This document shows, piece by piece, positions 50,266-61,382 of a stretch of 64,000 nucleotides of DNA. The notes beneath the pieces are model-generated. The model was not told where the DNA came from. It saw only the letters and a program-made list of their open reading frames with translations, and ran no database searches. A program made the translations under genes and the position numbers. The stretch is from Perkinsela sp. CCAP 1560/9 (Eukaryota > Protista > Euglenozoa: Kinetoplastea), in contig CBFFSA010000001.1 of assembly GCA_965644495.1 (NCBI GenBank), positions 3,038,001 through 3,102,000 on the forward strand. The letters run 5' to 3'. The first letter of the stretch is position 1. Every line of letters begins with the position of its first letter.

Positions 50266-51307
50266 CAGTAAACGTCACTATTCTGAGAGTCGCTAAAAAT
50301 GAGAATTGGGCTGTCAACGTACAACTGGCTAAAATGAGAATGCACCTTGGAAAATGAGAATGGAGCTTCGGTCATGTGTCAACGTTCAATTCAATTTTAC
50401 ACTCAAAAGTGAGAATTGAAAAACAACGCTTTCGTTCTCTCACTGATTAACTCACTGCTTCATCTTCACTAACTGGAGAGTATGCGAGAGATCGGTGGAA
50501 ATCACTGGGGATACCGTATACTCCCCCAGTAATGGACCCCCCAGTAGCAGAGATTTCGCCATTTTTGGGCCGACACACAGTAACAAGGATTTGTCTCGGG
50601 AGGGTGGTTGGAGGGGGGGTGTCTGGACAGGATGAGGGTGGTTGTGCAGTAGCGAATCGCGTGGTTTCTGGGTTGGCTGTACAGAAAATCAACGCACTCA
50701 TGAACGAAAAAGGCCTTTGCCCACCGAAAAAGCATACCCGACCCAGTAACAAGGATTTGGCCTTTGTGGTCCAAAATCGATTCTATTACTGGGGGGGTAT
50801 AGGTAGGTGGAGATAGATGGGGGTCACACGGGATCACTGCAGATCATTTTTATCGTTGTCCCTTCTCTTCTTCCATTCATGAAAGGCACACAAATATCTT
50901 AGTGAGACCAAAAAAGAAAAGAAAACACTGATTTAGGTGACTACAAGTAATGAAACTTTGTTTTTCTGAAAACAAAACGCTAATACACAAAAGGAAAACT
51001 TGTGCTGTTTGACTGCGCGGTGTTCTTCTGATGAAGAAGAACTCCTTGGTTCTGCAAACCAAGGAGATAGTGGGAGATCTCTGGGGGTCATTTTTGTGCA
51101 CCCAAAGCGGCCTGCTGCTCCGCTGCTAATATTTTTCTTGCAAAACGTTTTCTTTTTTAAAAATGAGAATTATGATTTGACCTCATAAAAAAGTGCCTGT
51201 CAACGTTCAACAGACCAATTCTGAGAATAGTGACGAAAAACGACAAAAAAGCCGTTTTTTCTGTGTCAACGTACAACTGAGCATTCTGAGAATAGTGACG
51301 TTTACTG
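50266..51307. mobile_element. TA-flanked MITE with nested MITE (50514-50803)
   Basis: TIR cagtaaacgtcactattct; internal aaaatgagaat and tgtcaacgt repeats; inner TIR ccgtatactcccccagtaat. Confidence 0.7.
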
Positions 51308-51351
51308 TACATGTATGTATAATGTTGTGTCACAGAATTCCGAGTAAAAAG

Positions 51352-51613
51352 CATAGCTGCTCTAATAGTTTTCATGATAATAATTATTAATAATAATTAT
51401 TATTATGCGATATCGAATTATTAAGAATTATTATAGCTTCTTCTCAGGGTGAAAGTGGCGCCGCGAACCGGCGCCGATTTTTTTTATAACGCACGTGATG
51501 GTGAGTATCTTTATCGTTTACTACCCATGCAACAAGTAAGTAGTAGATCTATAATAATTCTTAATAATAGCCTATTACTACAGGCTTCAATTATTAATAA
51601 TTCTGCAGCTATG
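51352..51613. mobile_element. P/hAT-like MITE
   Basis: Termini CATAGCTGC/GCAGCTATG; 8-bp TSD GTAAAAAG. Confidence 0.75.
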
Positions 51614-51659
51614 GTAAAAAGCCCTGTTACAAGCCAATAGTGCTTTCACTTGACAACAG

Positions 51660-53888
51660 CTACCTTTTTTGCCTATTTGAAGTCTCTTTTGAATTAGAAT
51701 GTGCTAGACTGCCGAACCTTAAATCTGAATCATTTTGATGGTACCGTTCGTAGAGATTTTGCAACATCATACTCAATTTCTCGTGTCGAATCAAAATGTT
51801 ATTAAATTTAATGCATAGTGGTAACATGCGCAATGCTTCGTTCTTCCTGAAATTATTTAGCATGTATAGGTACACAGTCCACGCTTCAGTATACACATCG
51901 TAATTTTCTTTTCGAAAGTGGGTCGCAGCATGAGAGCCAGACATCATCATACCTAAACTTTTACTTGCTTCATACCAAAACGAATACTTATTGGAACTTA
52001 TACTTTGTGCCCAACAGTATCGCATGAATTCAAGTTGCGTACGTGCATAGTCCCTTTTGAGGCGTTTTAACGTGGAAGGGCGAACGCACATTTCAGCATA
52101 GATTTGCATGCACTTTATCCAACTATATGCGCCGCCAAAGCGCCGACATGTGTTGATTAAGGCAGACAGTTGCATGTCCGCAGGTAGACTATTACATTCT
52201 GACATTTTTTCCAACAAGAGAAGAGATTCTCTCCAGCGTTTTCCGGCAACACATGCAGTCACAAACTCGGCGCATAAGAAGGGATCGGCAACACTCGTTT
52301 CCATCCATCTTTGTTTAACTATAATATCAAGGACTTGACTCCAGTGACTTGCCTTGTTCAAAAAATGTAGTAATTGAGCCTGAGATTGGGTAGAAACTGG
52401 GAAAGAATCTGTTTTTCCAAACTGGTGCGTTCGACAAGTTGTTTCCCACTGAGAGTTCGGGTACGCATCTGTCCTTGTTGAGATCGAATCATGCAGAGCA
52501 ATAGTTTCTTTTTCTGAAGCACGGATATTTTGAACTTGATGCAAACCACGATGCCAGGATAATTTCGAAATTTCTATATTCTTTTCCATTTTAGACGCTA
52601 CATTATTCAAACCCGGAATACAACATGTAGGTTTCAAGTCTCGACCAGAAATACAGTTTCCCGGATGCTTCGCACTAAAACATTTGAGCAGCTCGATAAA
52701 AAATAATCGACTACCCTCCACAGTTCTAGATAACCTAAAAGAATGCAGCTGTCTTTTTGAAAACACGGAAATTACTTGGAGTGCAACGCGTCTCTGACGA
52801 TATTGGACAGCTCTGCGCAACATTAAGAATAATATCTGCTGATTAGGTGCCAACAATGCCATCCTCCACGGTAACTGTGGATGAAAAATCAATGACTTGA
52901 TGCACGCTTGGTGATACACTGATATGTAACTTCCAGCATTTGAATATTCGTGTAAAAATTGGAATGCCTTCCGGCATCTTGGAATGCGGAAACGACGAAA
53001 TCTGGATGTCCGAAGAAGCAAGAAAGCTAACAATGCACGATACGACGGATCAAGCTTTTTGCAGTCGAGAACATAACTATCACCACGCAAGACTCTTGTT
53101 AAATACGGACACGTATTCCTTAAGTAACGTGCAAAGCTTTGCAAGTGTGGTACTTTGCGTTTTACTATGAGAACAATCAAACAAGACGTAAGTTCCCGGA
53201 ATATTGACATTTTCTCAGAAAATACAGTTTGCGCAAGCCTGCTAACACTTTCTCTTAGCATACGCAGCAAGACGCTCCATTTTTCGGATTGATACAGCAT
53301 TGATATAATAGCATTGCTCTGATCTACAGTTTGACCCCCATACGATACTGTCAAAGTCCACATGGCAGTAAGCCATGTGGGAGTGTGGCAAAGCGAATTG
53401 AACAATCCTATCGCCCGATAATGCAAATTATGCGATGCAATAGACGCCATCTCCAAACTTTGCTGCGATTTTAGGAAAATAAGATGTTTTTGAGTTCGCC
53501 ACTTTCTTTTCCCGAACTGTATAAAAGATTGCATCTTGTTTAAGTGGGGGAAATGTGTACCATAATTTCCTACGAAAGGACGAGAGTAGGTGTCAATGCA
53601 TATTTTTATCATTCGCGTATTGTATAAACTTACGTTCGCCTGATTATAACCCAAGCGGAATAATTTGTAGGACGCCGGTACCGCTTTGATAAAGTAACTA
53701 AGCGCAAAAAGGGCTTCTATCCAAGTTGCACCTAATTGACCGGATTGTACACGATTCATGAACATTTGCAATGTTATAAGCCAATGTGCGTGCATTAGTT
53801 TTCTCTTAAACTTTCTGGAAGTTTTTTCTTGGACTTTCACGAATTGAACATATATGGATCGCGACACATGTAAAAACGCATGACACAC
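51660..53888 (-). CDS. Hypothetical protein, possibly divergent PPR/helical-repeat
   Basis: 742-aa ORF; VTACVAGKRWRESLLLLEKM..ALINTCRR resembles PPR repeats; start uncertain. Confidence 0.5.
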   Translation of the reverse strand: MCHAFLHVSRSIYVQFVKVQEKTSRKFKRKLMHAHWLITLQMFMNRVQSGQLGATWIEALFALSYFIKAVPASYKLFRLGYNQANVSLYNTRMIKICIDTYSRPFVGNYGTHFPHLNKMQSFIQFGKRKWRTQKHLIFLKSQQSLEMASIASHNLHYRAIGLFNSLCHTPTWLTAMWTLTVSYGGQTVDQSNAIISMLYQSEKWSVLLRMLRESVSRLAQTVFSEKMSIFRELTSCLIVLIVKRKVPHLQSFARYLRNTCPYLTRVLRGDSYVLDCKKLDPSYRALLAFLLLRTSRFRRFRIPRCRKAFQFLHEYSNAGSYISVYHQACIKSLIFHPQLPWRMALLAPNQQILFLMLRRAVQYRQRRVALQVISVFSKRQLHSFRLSRTVEGSRLFFIELLKCFSAKHPGNCISGRDLKPTCCIPGLNNVASKMEKNIEISKLSWHRGLHQVQNIRASEKETIALHDSISTRTDAYPNSQWETTCRTHQFGKTDSFPVSTQSQAQLLHFLNKASHWSQVLDIIVKQRWMETSVADPFLCAEFVTACVAGKRWRESLLLLEKMSECNSLPADMQLSALINTCRRFGGAYSWIKCMQIYAEMCVRPSTLKRLKRDYARTQLEFMRYCWAQSISSNKYSFWYEASKSLGMMMSGSHAATHFRKENYDVYTEAWTVYLYMLNNFRKNEALRMLPLCIKFNNILIRHEKLSMMLQNLYERYHQNDSDLRFGSLAHSNSKETSNRQKR

Positions 53889-54377
53889 ACAATAGGGTGT
53901 AAATCAGGTTCACGGAAACTTCAATAAAGTAAAATAAAGTTTTTTTTCTGAATAAAGTTACTACCATCAAACCATTAATTAAGAGACACATTAAACAAGG
54001 GAACGCCAACTAAGGGAACACTGATTAAGGTACTATACCCCCCCCTGCTTATGAGTTCCCCGGTTTTGAGAAAAAGGAACTCATAAGCGTACCAGATCAG
54101 AATTCGAGCCATAAAAACGCGAAAATTCGGGCCCGCAGCGCGAAGCGCCGCGGGTTTTCCTTTACAATAAGAGGGCGGAAACTAGAGATTTACGATCCCG
54201 GACGATCCCACCGGTCCTGGTTGAATTTACGTAGAGAAAATACTTGGTGAAAACGCGAGTTCTAAAAATTCGGCGAAAGAAATAGCGACCATTTTTTTAG
54301 AGAAACTCATTCAATTGTTAAAAATCAAAAACGATCTTCATATGAAGGTAAGAGAAACTAAACAAACATTATCACTC

Positions 54378-54446
54378 CTTCGTAAACACGCTTGTTACCG
54401 GTCCCAAGCCCGGCACCGCCATATTTGGCGGAGTGTGAGGGTGAAG
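54378..54446 (+). ncRNA. Twister self-cleaving ribozyme (type P1, with P5)
   Basis: P1 CUUCG/UGAAG; L1 UAA; P2 ACAC/GUGU; GC pseudoknot partner; P4 CCGG/CCGG with loop UCCCAAGC; P5 CCGCCA/UGGCGG; GAGGG; predicted cut U54383/A54384. Confidence 0.9.
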
Positions 54447-54603
54447 ATTTCAATCCATCTATGGCATGGTTATAAACTTAAGAATATAATTAAACTCCTC
54501 GTTTCTCGTATCCAGTAGAACTACTACATTTAGCTCCATTTAACTAAACAATTTTACACGCCTGCAAATGCTACGCATCGATTCGCTTGGTCCCGGCCTG
54601 ACA

Positions 54604-54845
54604 ATATTCATCCTCTGTAACGAGGCCCATGGGCTCCGTACCCTTCGGGGTACCACCGCCCCAGCATTCGTGCTGGGAGGCCCATGGGCTCCGTGTCCTT
54701 CGGGGCACACCTGCCGTTGCATTTATATTCATCCTCTGTAACGAGGCCCATGGGCTCCGTACCCTTCGGGGTACCACCGCCCCAGCATTCGTGCTGGGAG
54801 GCCCATGGGCTCCGTGTCCTTCGGGACACACTTGCCGTTGCATTT
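54604..54845 (+). repeat. 2 x 121-bp tandem repeat of UUCG-capped hairpins
   Basis: Units 54604-54724 and 54725-54845 differ at 2 nt. Confidence 0.92.
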
Positions 54846-55524
54846 GCGTTATACACCCTCCTCTCCGGCATGATTTTTTACAATAAAGTGAAAACAGAAT
54901 AGAAACAGAAGGGAGAGGGTGGGAAATTGTGACGTGCTATGGCATGCCTGGCACCCAGGGCTTGGTCCCGGTAACATGGTGCTTACGAAGGAGTGATAAT
55001 GAGGGAGTTGCTATGCTCTGTCCATGGTATCATGTTCAGGGGAACAGCAACTCCCCATTATCTCGGCGTAGTAAACACGCCTTGGCTTGCCTGGCACTAC
55101 GATTGCCGAAAAAAAAAAAATTATTCCATTAGTCCTCACTTGAGGCCTGTTAGCGGGAGTCCTCCCCCCTAAGAAGATTTGAAGTTGAAAAAAAAAAAGT
55201 GGAGTGTTCGGGAAAGGGGGGGTATTGTTGGTACGTTATAGATCCTCCCATACGGAAGTATCAAGGCAACACCCCGGACGTCCCGGGTTGACGCTGGGAA
55301 TACGGCTTTTCAGGATATCTCGCCTAGTAGGAATATTGATTCAGAAATTCAGACCGACGATAGTGAACGCGTTGCTTTGCTTGATGCGTTTATCCCCGAA
55401 TTCTTTATTAGCAAAGATTCATCATAAATACTGAAGGAACAACTTGGTCTCTTTACATCAACACACCTTAGTTCGCAGTAAACGTTTTCCTTATATTTCC
55501 TAACTCTTAATTCGTGATCTATAA

Positions 55525-56529
55525 ATGCCCGCAACGCGACGAGGATCCGGTTTGTGCGACTCTCCAGCGACGCAATCGACACGCAACACAGGGGATGAAA
55601 ATGTACGAATTCCTTCAGAGTTGCCATCTGCTGAACGGTGTTCAACGAGAACAGATCTCAAAATACACCTACGCTTTGATCGAGCTGTAGGGTGTTCTCA
55701 AATCGCGAAATATATGGGCGAGATTTCTGAAGACGACTGCGCAGCAGCTGTCCTCGAGTACGTAGACAGTGCATTAAAGGCCGCGACGGATACTGAGCGA
55801 GTATCTGCCACCAGCCAAATACTAAGTGTGCGTCGATCTCAAGATGTTTCACTCCTGGAATCTTTGGTTTCGGAAGAAGGGAACCGTTCTGCTCTGGCTA
55901 CGTTGCTAATTGATCCGCCTAAAGAGGCGAAAAAATTAAAGGTGCGCGATGGGGAAAAAGAGGGGGGGCAACTTACATCATGGACTGGAACAGAACGACG
56001 TCCTAGCCTTGGGGGTCATTTAAGGGTAGCCCTTCTAGATGGCAACTTTCGGTTTTTTTCTTCCGGGCTGCTACAAACACGGTTCGGGCGTTTTTTCGAA
56101 TCAGTTTTTCAGGAGGCTGGAAAAGGGATATCACCATCCATATGTCAGGAGTCAGAAGCCATCTCCGTATCCGCCAATCACTTTTTGCTTGAACTCGCGG
56201 CCCTTTTCCTTGCCTTTAATGCAAACTCTGATCAAGCCAATACTGGCAAGTGTGTGCAGGCGTGCCGCGAAAACGTGGGTCTTCTTCCGAAAGCGGATCG
56301 AATAATACTGCCCCCGTCTGTTCTGAGCGTGAACGGCAAACAAAAGCACCACAATTTTTACAAAAGCCAAAATGGACTCCTTGAAGAATCTAGTCGATTA
56401 AAGAGGTTCACATTCAGAGGCGACCGCAATGCCAAATTTAGTCGCGGTCATGCAAGCGGGCAAGGAAATGTGCGACGATCCGATCACGCAGCCTCAGAAA
56501 ATACAGCGAAAGCTCAAAAGGAGAACTAA
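55525..56529 (+). CDS. Hypothetical protein, possible gag-like ORF of a YR element
   Basis: 334-aa ORF between the twister and the tyrosine recombinase, same strand, basic C-terminus; no motif recognised. Confidence 0.45.
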   Translation: MPATRRGSGLCDSPATQSTRNTGDENVRIPSELPSAERCSTRTDLKIHLRFDRAVGCSQIAKYMGEISEDDCAAAVLEYVDSALKAATDTERVSATSQILSVRRSQDVSLLESLVSEEGNRSALATLLIDPPKEAKKLKVRDGEKEGGQLTSWTGTERRPSLGGHLRVALLDGNFRFFSSGLLQTRFGRFFESVFQEAGKGISPSICQESEAISVSANHFLLELAALFLAFNANSDQANTGKCVQACRENVGLLPKADRIILPPSVLSVNGKQKHHNFYKSQNGLLEESSRLKRFTFRGDRNAKFSRGHASGQGNVRRSDHAASENTAKAQKEN

Positions 56530-57087
56530 GGAAAACGAAAATTCGGCGTTTCTACGATACCATGTTTATTATGATAAGTTAGGGAAAGATGGTTATCGTT
56601 TCGAGGTTTTAAAAAGTACAATTGTGGCAAAGGGAAAGATTCTTGGGGAGAAAAACCAAATGCCACAGGTAATTATTACAAAATATCACCTGAAGAGGGA
56701 TCTGCACTAAAGGGTCCGCTAGTCTGTTTTATACGGAACAGAAAATAATTGCTAATCTGGTTACAAATCATTAATAATATATGCGTGGCATTGCTGGTGC
56801 TTCATCAATATTTTATGTTATTTTTACGTATAATTTTTAGGGGTTTTTTCCATGTTTAATATGATGTGTGTCACATCCATCAGACCTACACTTTTTCCCC
56901 ACCAATTTTCTATTATCAATGCAACGCGAGGAAAGCTCTTTTACCATATTATTACTCTAGGATCATTATTACTCTAGAATCATTCAGAGCAAGCGCCCGT
57001 CTTATCTTTATTCAATTGTTTTACTCAACTGAATATTTCACAGAAAAAAAAAACTACACTTTTCAAAGACAAAAGATAAAGTTTTGT

Positions 57088-58918
57088 ATGACTGGTCTCA
57101 AGGACACTGATGACCACCGAGGTGGTGAAAGAAGCTACATCGAAAAACTGGCGCTGCAGTCTATTGCACCGGGAACTCAAAAATTGTATCAGAACCGCAT
57201 TGACACTCTCAAACAGTTTTGTACAATGCATGGGTATGAACGCATTACAAAACAAGCTTTGGACATTTTCTCCACTGTCAAGCGTCATGTGGAACTGCGA
57301 AATCAACATTACAAGGATACCGCAGCGCTCTACTTTTCTATCAAGAAATTACTAATTTCGATCTAGATGAGAGTGAATCCCCTTGGGCGGCAGATCGCGT
57401 TATATTGCGGGCGGTGGAGGGAGCAGCGGTTGAAGGTAAGATGCACCGCCAGGAAAAGCGTCCTAGAGGTTATAAACCCCCGCTCACAAAAAGTGACCCC
57501 CCTCTTTTTTTTTCGTACAAATGTCCGTTTGAGCTGATTTTTGTTGAATTTTGCAGATCTCAACACAAGGACTTTGCGCGTGAAGAAATGAGACAAAAAG
57601 AAACGAATACGCACAATTTAGAGAAGAATTAACATTTTTTCACTTTTTCGCCCTTCAATCTTGTACACTCTTTAAGTCGAGAATCAAAACTTAATACTGT
57701 TTTGTCGATCACTTTTTGAGTTAAAGAAGACCATGCTTTACGTACACATCGGATAAGTGAAGGCTTGTCCGATGGCGTTTGTTCGTCTACCGCCTCTTGG
57801 ACCATAGACCAGACGTTTTCTATAGGGGAAAGGTCGGGCGAGTTGGGGGGCCAGTTTCTTAGAACATCACTCATTCGATTCTCAATATACTCTTTGGAGG
57901 CACGGGCAGTATGTGCCGTTGCCCCATCCTGTTGAAATACACTATTAGGGGGGAAATCTACCTGTTTTGATGTTTCTATGTACGTCTTACTTGTAATAGA
58001 TGTGTCACTTGGTAGAATAACCAAATACCTCCACCCACAGGACTCAAAGTGTATTCCCCGCTAGATTTTTTTTCGTTCAGATATTTTTTGATTATCCTTC
58101 TAGAGACGTTAAAATCACGGGATAATTGTTTAATCGGAACACCTTCTCCATGTCTCATCTTCAAAAGAACCTTACCACAATCCGTAAGCGCCCCTTTTGG
58201 AAGTCGATATGGTGATTTGGTCATTTTTGGAAAAAAAAGTTGAAAAGTCAATTATTTTTTTTGACTAAATTTTAAAATTTTAAAATGAGCTAAAAACAGC
58301 GGGATCGTGCAGATCTCGAAATTTTGAACGAAACAGTGGTATGATAACCCACCCACGCCCCCATGTGCTAAAAATAAGGGGGGGTCACTTATTCGTGAGC
58401 GGGGGTTTATATCAGAAAGCATGTTGAACGAATTGTTATCCTGGGTCCTCCCTCTGAAAAATGGTCCTGAACTTGCGCGTGCACTCAAGGTCCAATATTA
58501 CGCGGCCTTGCGCTCTTGTGAAGTCGAAGGACTCCGTGGAGGCGACTTACAAGGGGAAGGTGCGTGGGCCTTCCTACATATACGTAGCGACAAGGTTCAA
58601 AGGCAATCTTCCGATAGACAACGATGTAAACCACTATCTCCTATGGGAGCACAAGTAGTTCGAAGCGCCCTTTTAAATGTGGAACATGGTAAAATTGCGT
58701 TTCCTGCCTACAAAAAACGTTGCGCTGCTAGGCTTGTAAAACAAGCATCCCAAGAGCTAGGGTGGCCCTCCAATGTATGTTTCGACGGCACTCATACTCT
58801 CAGACACGGTGGCACAGGTGTGGTCATTGAAAGCGCCGTGAATATTATATCAAATGCTCTTACAGGTATGTCAAAACAGGTTCGCCAAAGCCACTACTTG
58901 GCTCCCAGATCACAATAA
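57088..58918 (+). pseudogene. Tyrosine recombinase (DIRS/VIPER/TATE/Crypton-like), frameshifted and split by Tc1
   Basis: SIAPGTQKLYQ N-terminal motif; YYAALRSCE (R), RSDK (K), HTLRHGG (HxxR), QSHY (Y). Confidence 0.8.
57473..58409 (-). mobile_element. Internally deleted DD35E Tc1 copy
   Basis: TIRs taaacccccgctcac; homologous to 37836-39178 with a central deletion. Confidence 0.88.
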
Positions 58919-60648
58919 GCTTCTAGCTAAGAAAGTTTATCGATAAAATGTAAATAATAATGTAATTAGTAGCCTGTTTAACCCTTAAAATGATTAAAAA
59001 TCATCATACAAGTGATCATGGGCTTTTATAAGAGCAGTCCACAAGCGACTACCACTTTCTCCTTTATTAAGTGTTCAATCCGGCGTAGTTAGATCCTGGG
59101 TACAGTTTTAATGGTGTTACAGGATTTACCTACGTACCTACAAGTATTGTTTGCATCTATTACACTACACAATGCATACTGCAGGTGAAAACATGCATGA
59201 GCCCGGAGACAACATGACGTACACCATGTCCATGCCGGTGCGATCTGAGGGACAATACACTTTACTATACCATATACTATGATCTTTTGGTTTATAGTAT
59301 GGTTATGGCTGAATGCATACACTATTGTCACGCAGTTACGTGACAGCCTGCCAAAGGCCTTTGATGTGTATGAGGAATGAGTGAGTGAGGAGACGAGATG
59401 ACGAGGGGGGAGGCTCACAGATAGTAGGCAATCTGGGGTTTCTTCTTCTTGCCGTCACTAGCGTTTGGGTGATTTGAAGACTGGCGAGTGGGTGGTCCCC
59501 GCCGGGGAACTACCCATTCGCAAGAGAGAGAAAGTTTGAATATTGTTTTGTGGACGTCCATATATCTTTTGTTATCATTATAGTCAGGATAGGAAAGTTG
59601 AAAGACATGTAGTTATTTAGTTTTATTTACTTGATGAATATTATTTACTTAGGACAATTCTTTATATATTTTGTACAAAGATTTTATGATGAGCAATTCC
59701 GTTCAGAGCATCTCTTGGCACCTCCGTCAAAGGAGACTCGCAGTCCCTGAATTGATCTTCCGGTTGTAGCTGAATGGTGGGCGCCGGGGTGCCATTCGTC
59801 TGAGCATCAAGGGTTCTCCACGGTTGAGGAACTTGTTGGTGTAGTATCGCTAAACTCCTCGTTTACTGGAGCTTTCTTCTCGCGTCGACGGAAAATATTT
59901 GTCAGCAGATCCTGCGAGAACAGTTTCGAGGGTATTGTTACCGTGGAGTTTTTCGCTGAGGCTGGCGGGCTGAGCGGTGGAGGTAGGGATGGTTGTTCCC
60001 CGGTGGAAACACGTTCGCCGGATTTGGTGGCTTGTAGCGGTGAAGTGGGTGCTGGGGATGATGGGGAGTGCGATCCGGTAGAGTTCTGCGAGACGTTTGA
60101 ACCTGCAGTTAGGCTCTCTTTCCTCATTCTTTCCTGGCGCAGAGCTTCGTGAAATTTCCAGCGTGCTTCCTTACGTTCTTTCCTTTGCTGAAAGAGTTCT
60201 TCGTCAGAGAGGATGCGTGCAGTCGGATTCAGCGGTCGCAACACTATGTCATCGGTTGTCCTCTCCGTTTCTTCCGTTTCTTCCGCTCTAGCATCTTTGC
60301 CTGGAGATCTGACGGGGGAGCATAGAAAGTTAGCTTGTTGTTGTTTTATTTTCCTAATCTTTTTCCTCCAAACATGGGCATGCTCACGCGTGCCAAAGCA
60401 AAGGAGACTGGCCAGGGGCGTTTCTAGTGTAAATCAGTAGTTTAGGCTGTTGGTTTAGAGTAGAAGCGTTGGGGCTTAGCGCACCTCGCCACCCGAGCTG
60501 CAAACTTCCATTGAAGCGATAAAATTACAAAGCAAAATATATAAAGTCCATATTTCATCATCATAAAGAGAAAAAGAAAAAGAAAATCTTGTTGGATAGT
60601 TCTTGGATAGTTGGGTTGCTGTTCGTCTGTTGTAGGTAAAAAAAAAAA

Positions 60649-60686
60649 AACTTTAACGATAAAGATACAGTTTCTGTACCTTGTTG
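60649..60686 (+). other. Full-length spliced-leader exon, retroposed
   Basis: AACTTTAACGATAAAGATACAGTTTCTGTACCTTGTTG, 38-39 nt, ends TTG, not followed by GT. Confidence 0.85.
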
Positions 60687-60729
60687 CTTGTTGATTTTAC
60701 GTAGTATTCTCTCGGGGCCCAGCTCTTTT

Positions 60730-61233
60730 ATGACGCAAACCAATACTCCTCAGAGCCCCGCACGCTCGAACGAAGACCACCCCTCATTCCATATGAGTGC
60801 AAAGGAAGGAACTCTCAGCGTAAGCGCTCTCGCCGACGAAGAACGTGCGCACTCTCTCGGCAGTTGGGACCAATTCCAAGGAAACAAGCATTTGATTCGC
60901 GCTGTCAGCACATACGACGAACAACTCTACACTACACCAATCCCGGCGAATATTTCTAAGGAATGGTTGGAACGCGCACGTCACATCTCCCAGGAAAAGG
61001 AAACCCCAGACACGGGCCACGTAGAGGCCGAAGACGAGGAGATGCAGCACTGTGGGGTGAGAAGGCAGAAAATTACTCACGAGGCTACACCCACATCAAA
61101 GATCCCCGATGAAGCTCGGACTCTCAAATCCGCAGGCGTCAGCAGGCGTTCGGGAAGAACACAAGGCAGTAAAAACACTGGGAGCCTATATAGGAATTCA
61201 TGCCATGTGTCATCGCGATTTATAGAGACATAA
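60730..61233 (+). CDS. LsmAD-domain (Ataxin-2/Pbp1-like) retrogene
   Basis: WDQFQGNKHLIRAVSTYDEQLYTT resembles the LsmAD consensus; ATG 43 nt after the SL exon. Confidence 0.7.
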   Translation: MTQTNTPQSPARSNEDHPSFHMSAKEGTLSVSALADEERAHSLGSWDQFQGNKHLIRAVSTYDEQLYTTPIPANISKEWLERARHISQEKETPDTGHVEAEDEEMQHCGVRRQKITHEATPTSKIPDEARTLKSAGVSRRSGRTQGSKNTGSLYRNSCHVSSRFIET

Positions 61234-61382
61234 TTCGCGCAAATGGGCAAAGCGTTGTCGCAAGTTTCGAAACACAAACGAAGATGTTTAAGAAACATAG
61301 TTTAGACCCCTTTCGGGGCAATACCCATAATCACAATGATAGTCTCCTAAATTTCATCTCGTATACTTATAAAGAAATCAAC

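Noticed and set aside
54940-55001. Second twister on the minus strand
   Set aside because: L4 is GACCAAGC, the GAGGG segment is replaced by CAGGC and P1 cannot close; better read as an antisense strand
57108-57131. Hammerhead-like core CTGATGA-ccacc-ga-ggtgg-t-GAAA
   Set aside because: Extra nucleotide before GAAA, no stem I/III partners with an NUH site, and it lies in YR coding sequence
59807-60244. 145-aa Ser/Pro-rich ORF
   Set aside because: Low complexity with no recognisable domain; may be a TE fragment but is unsupported
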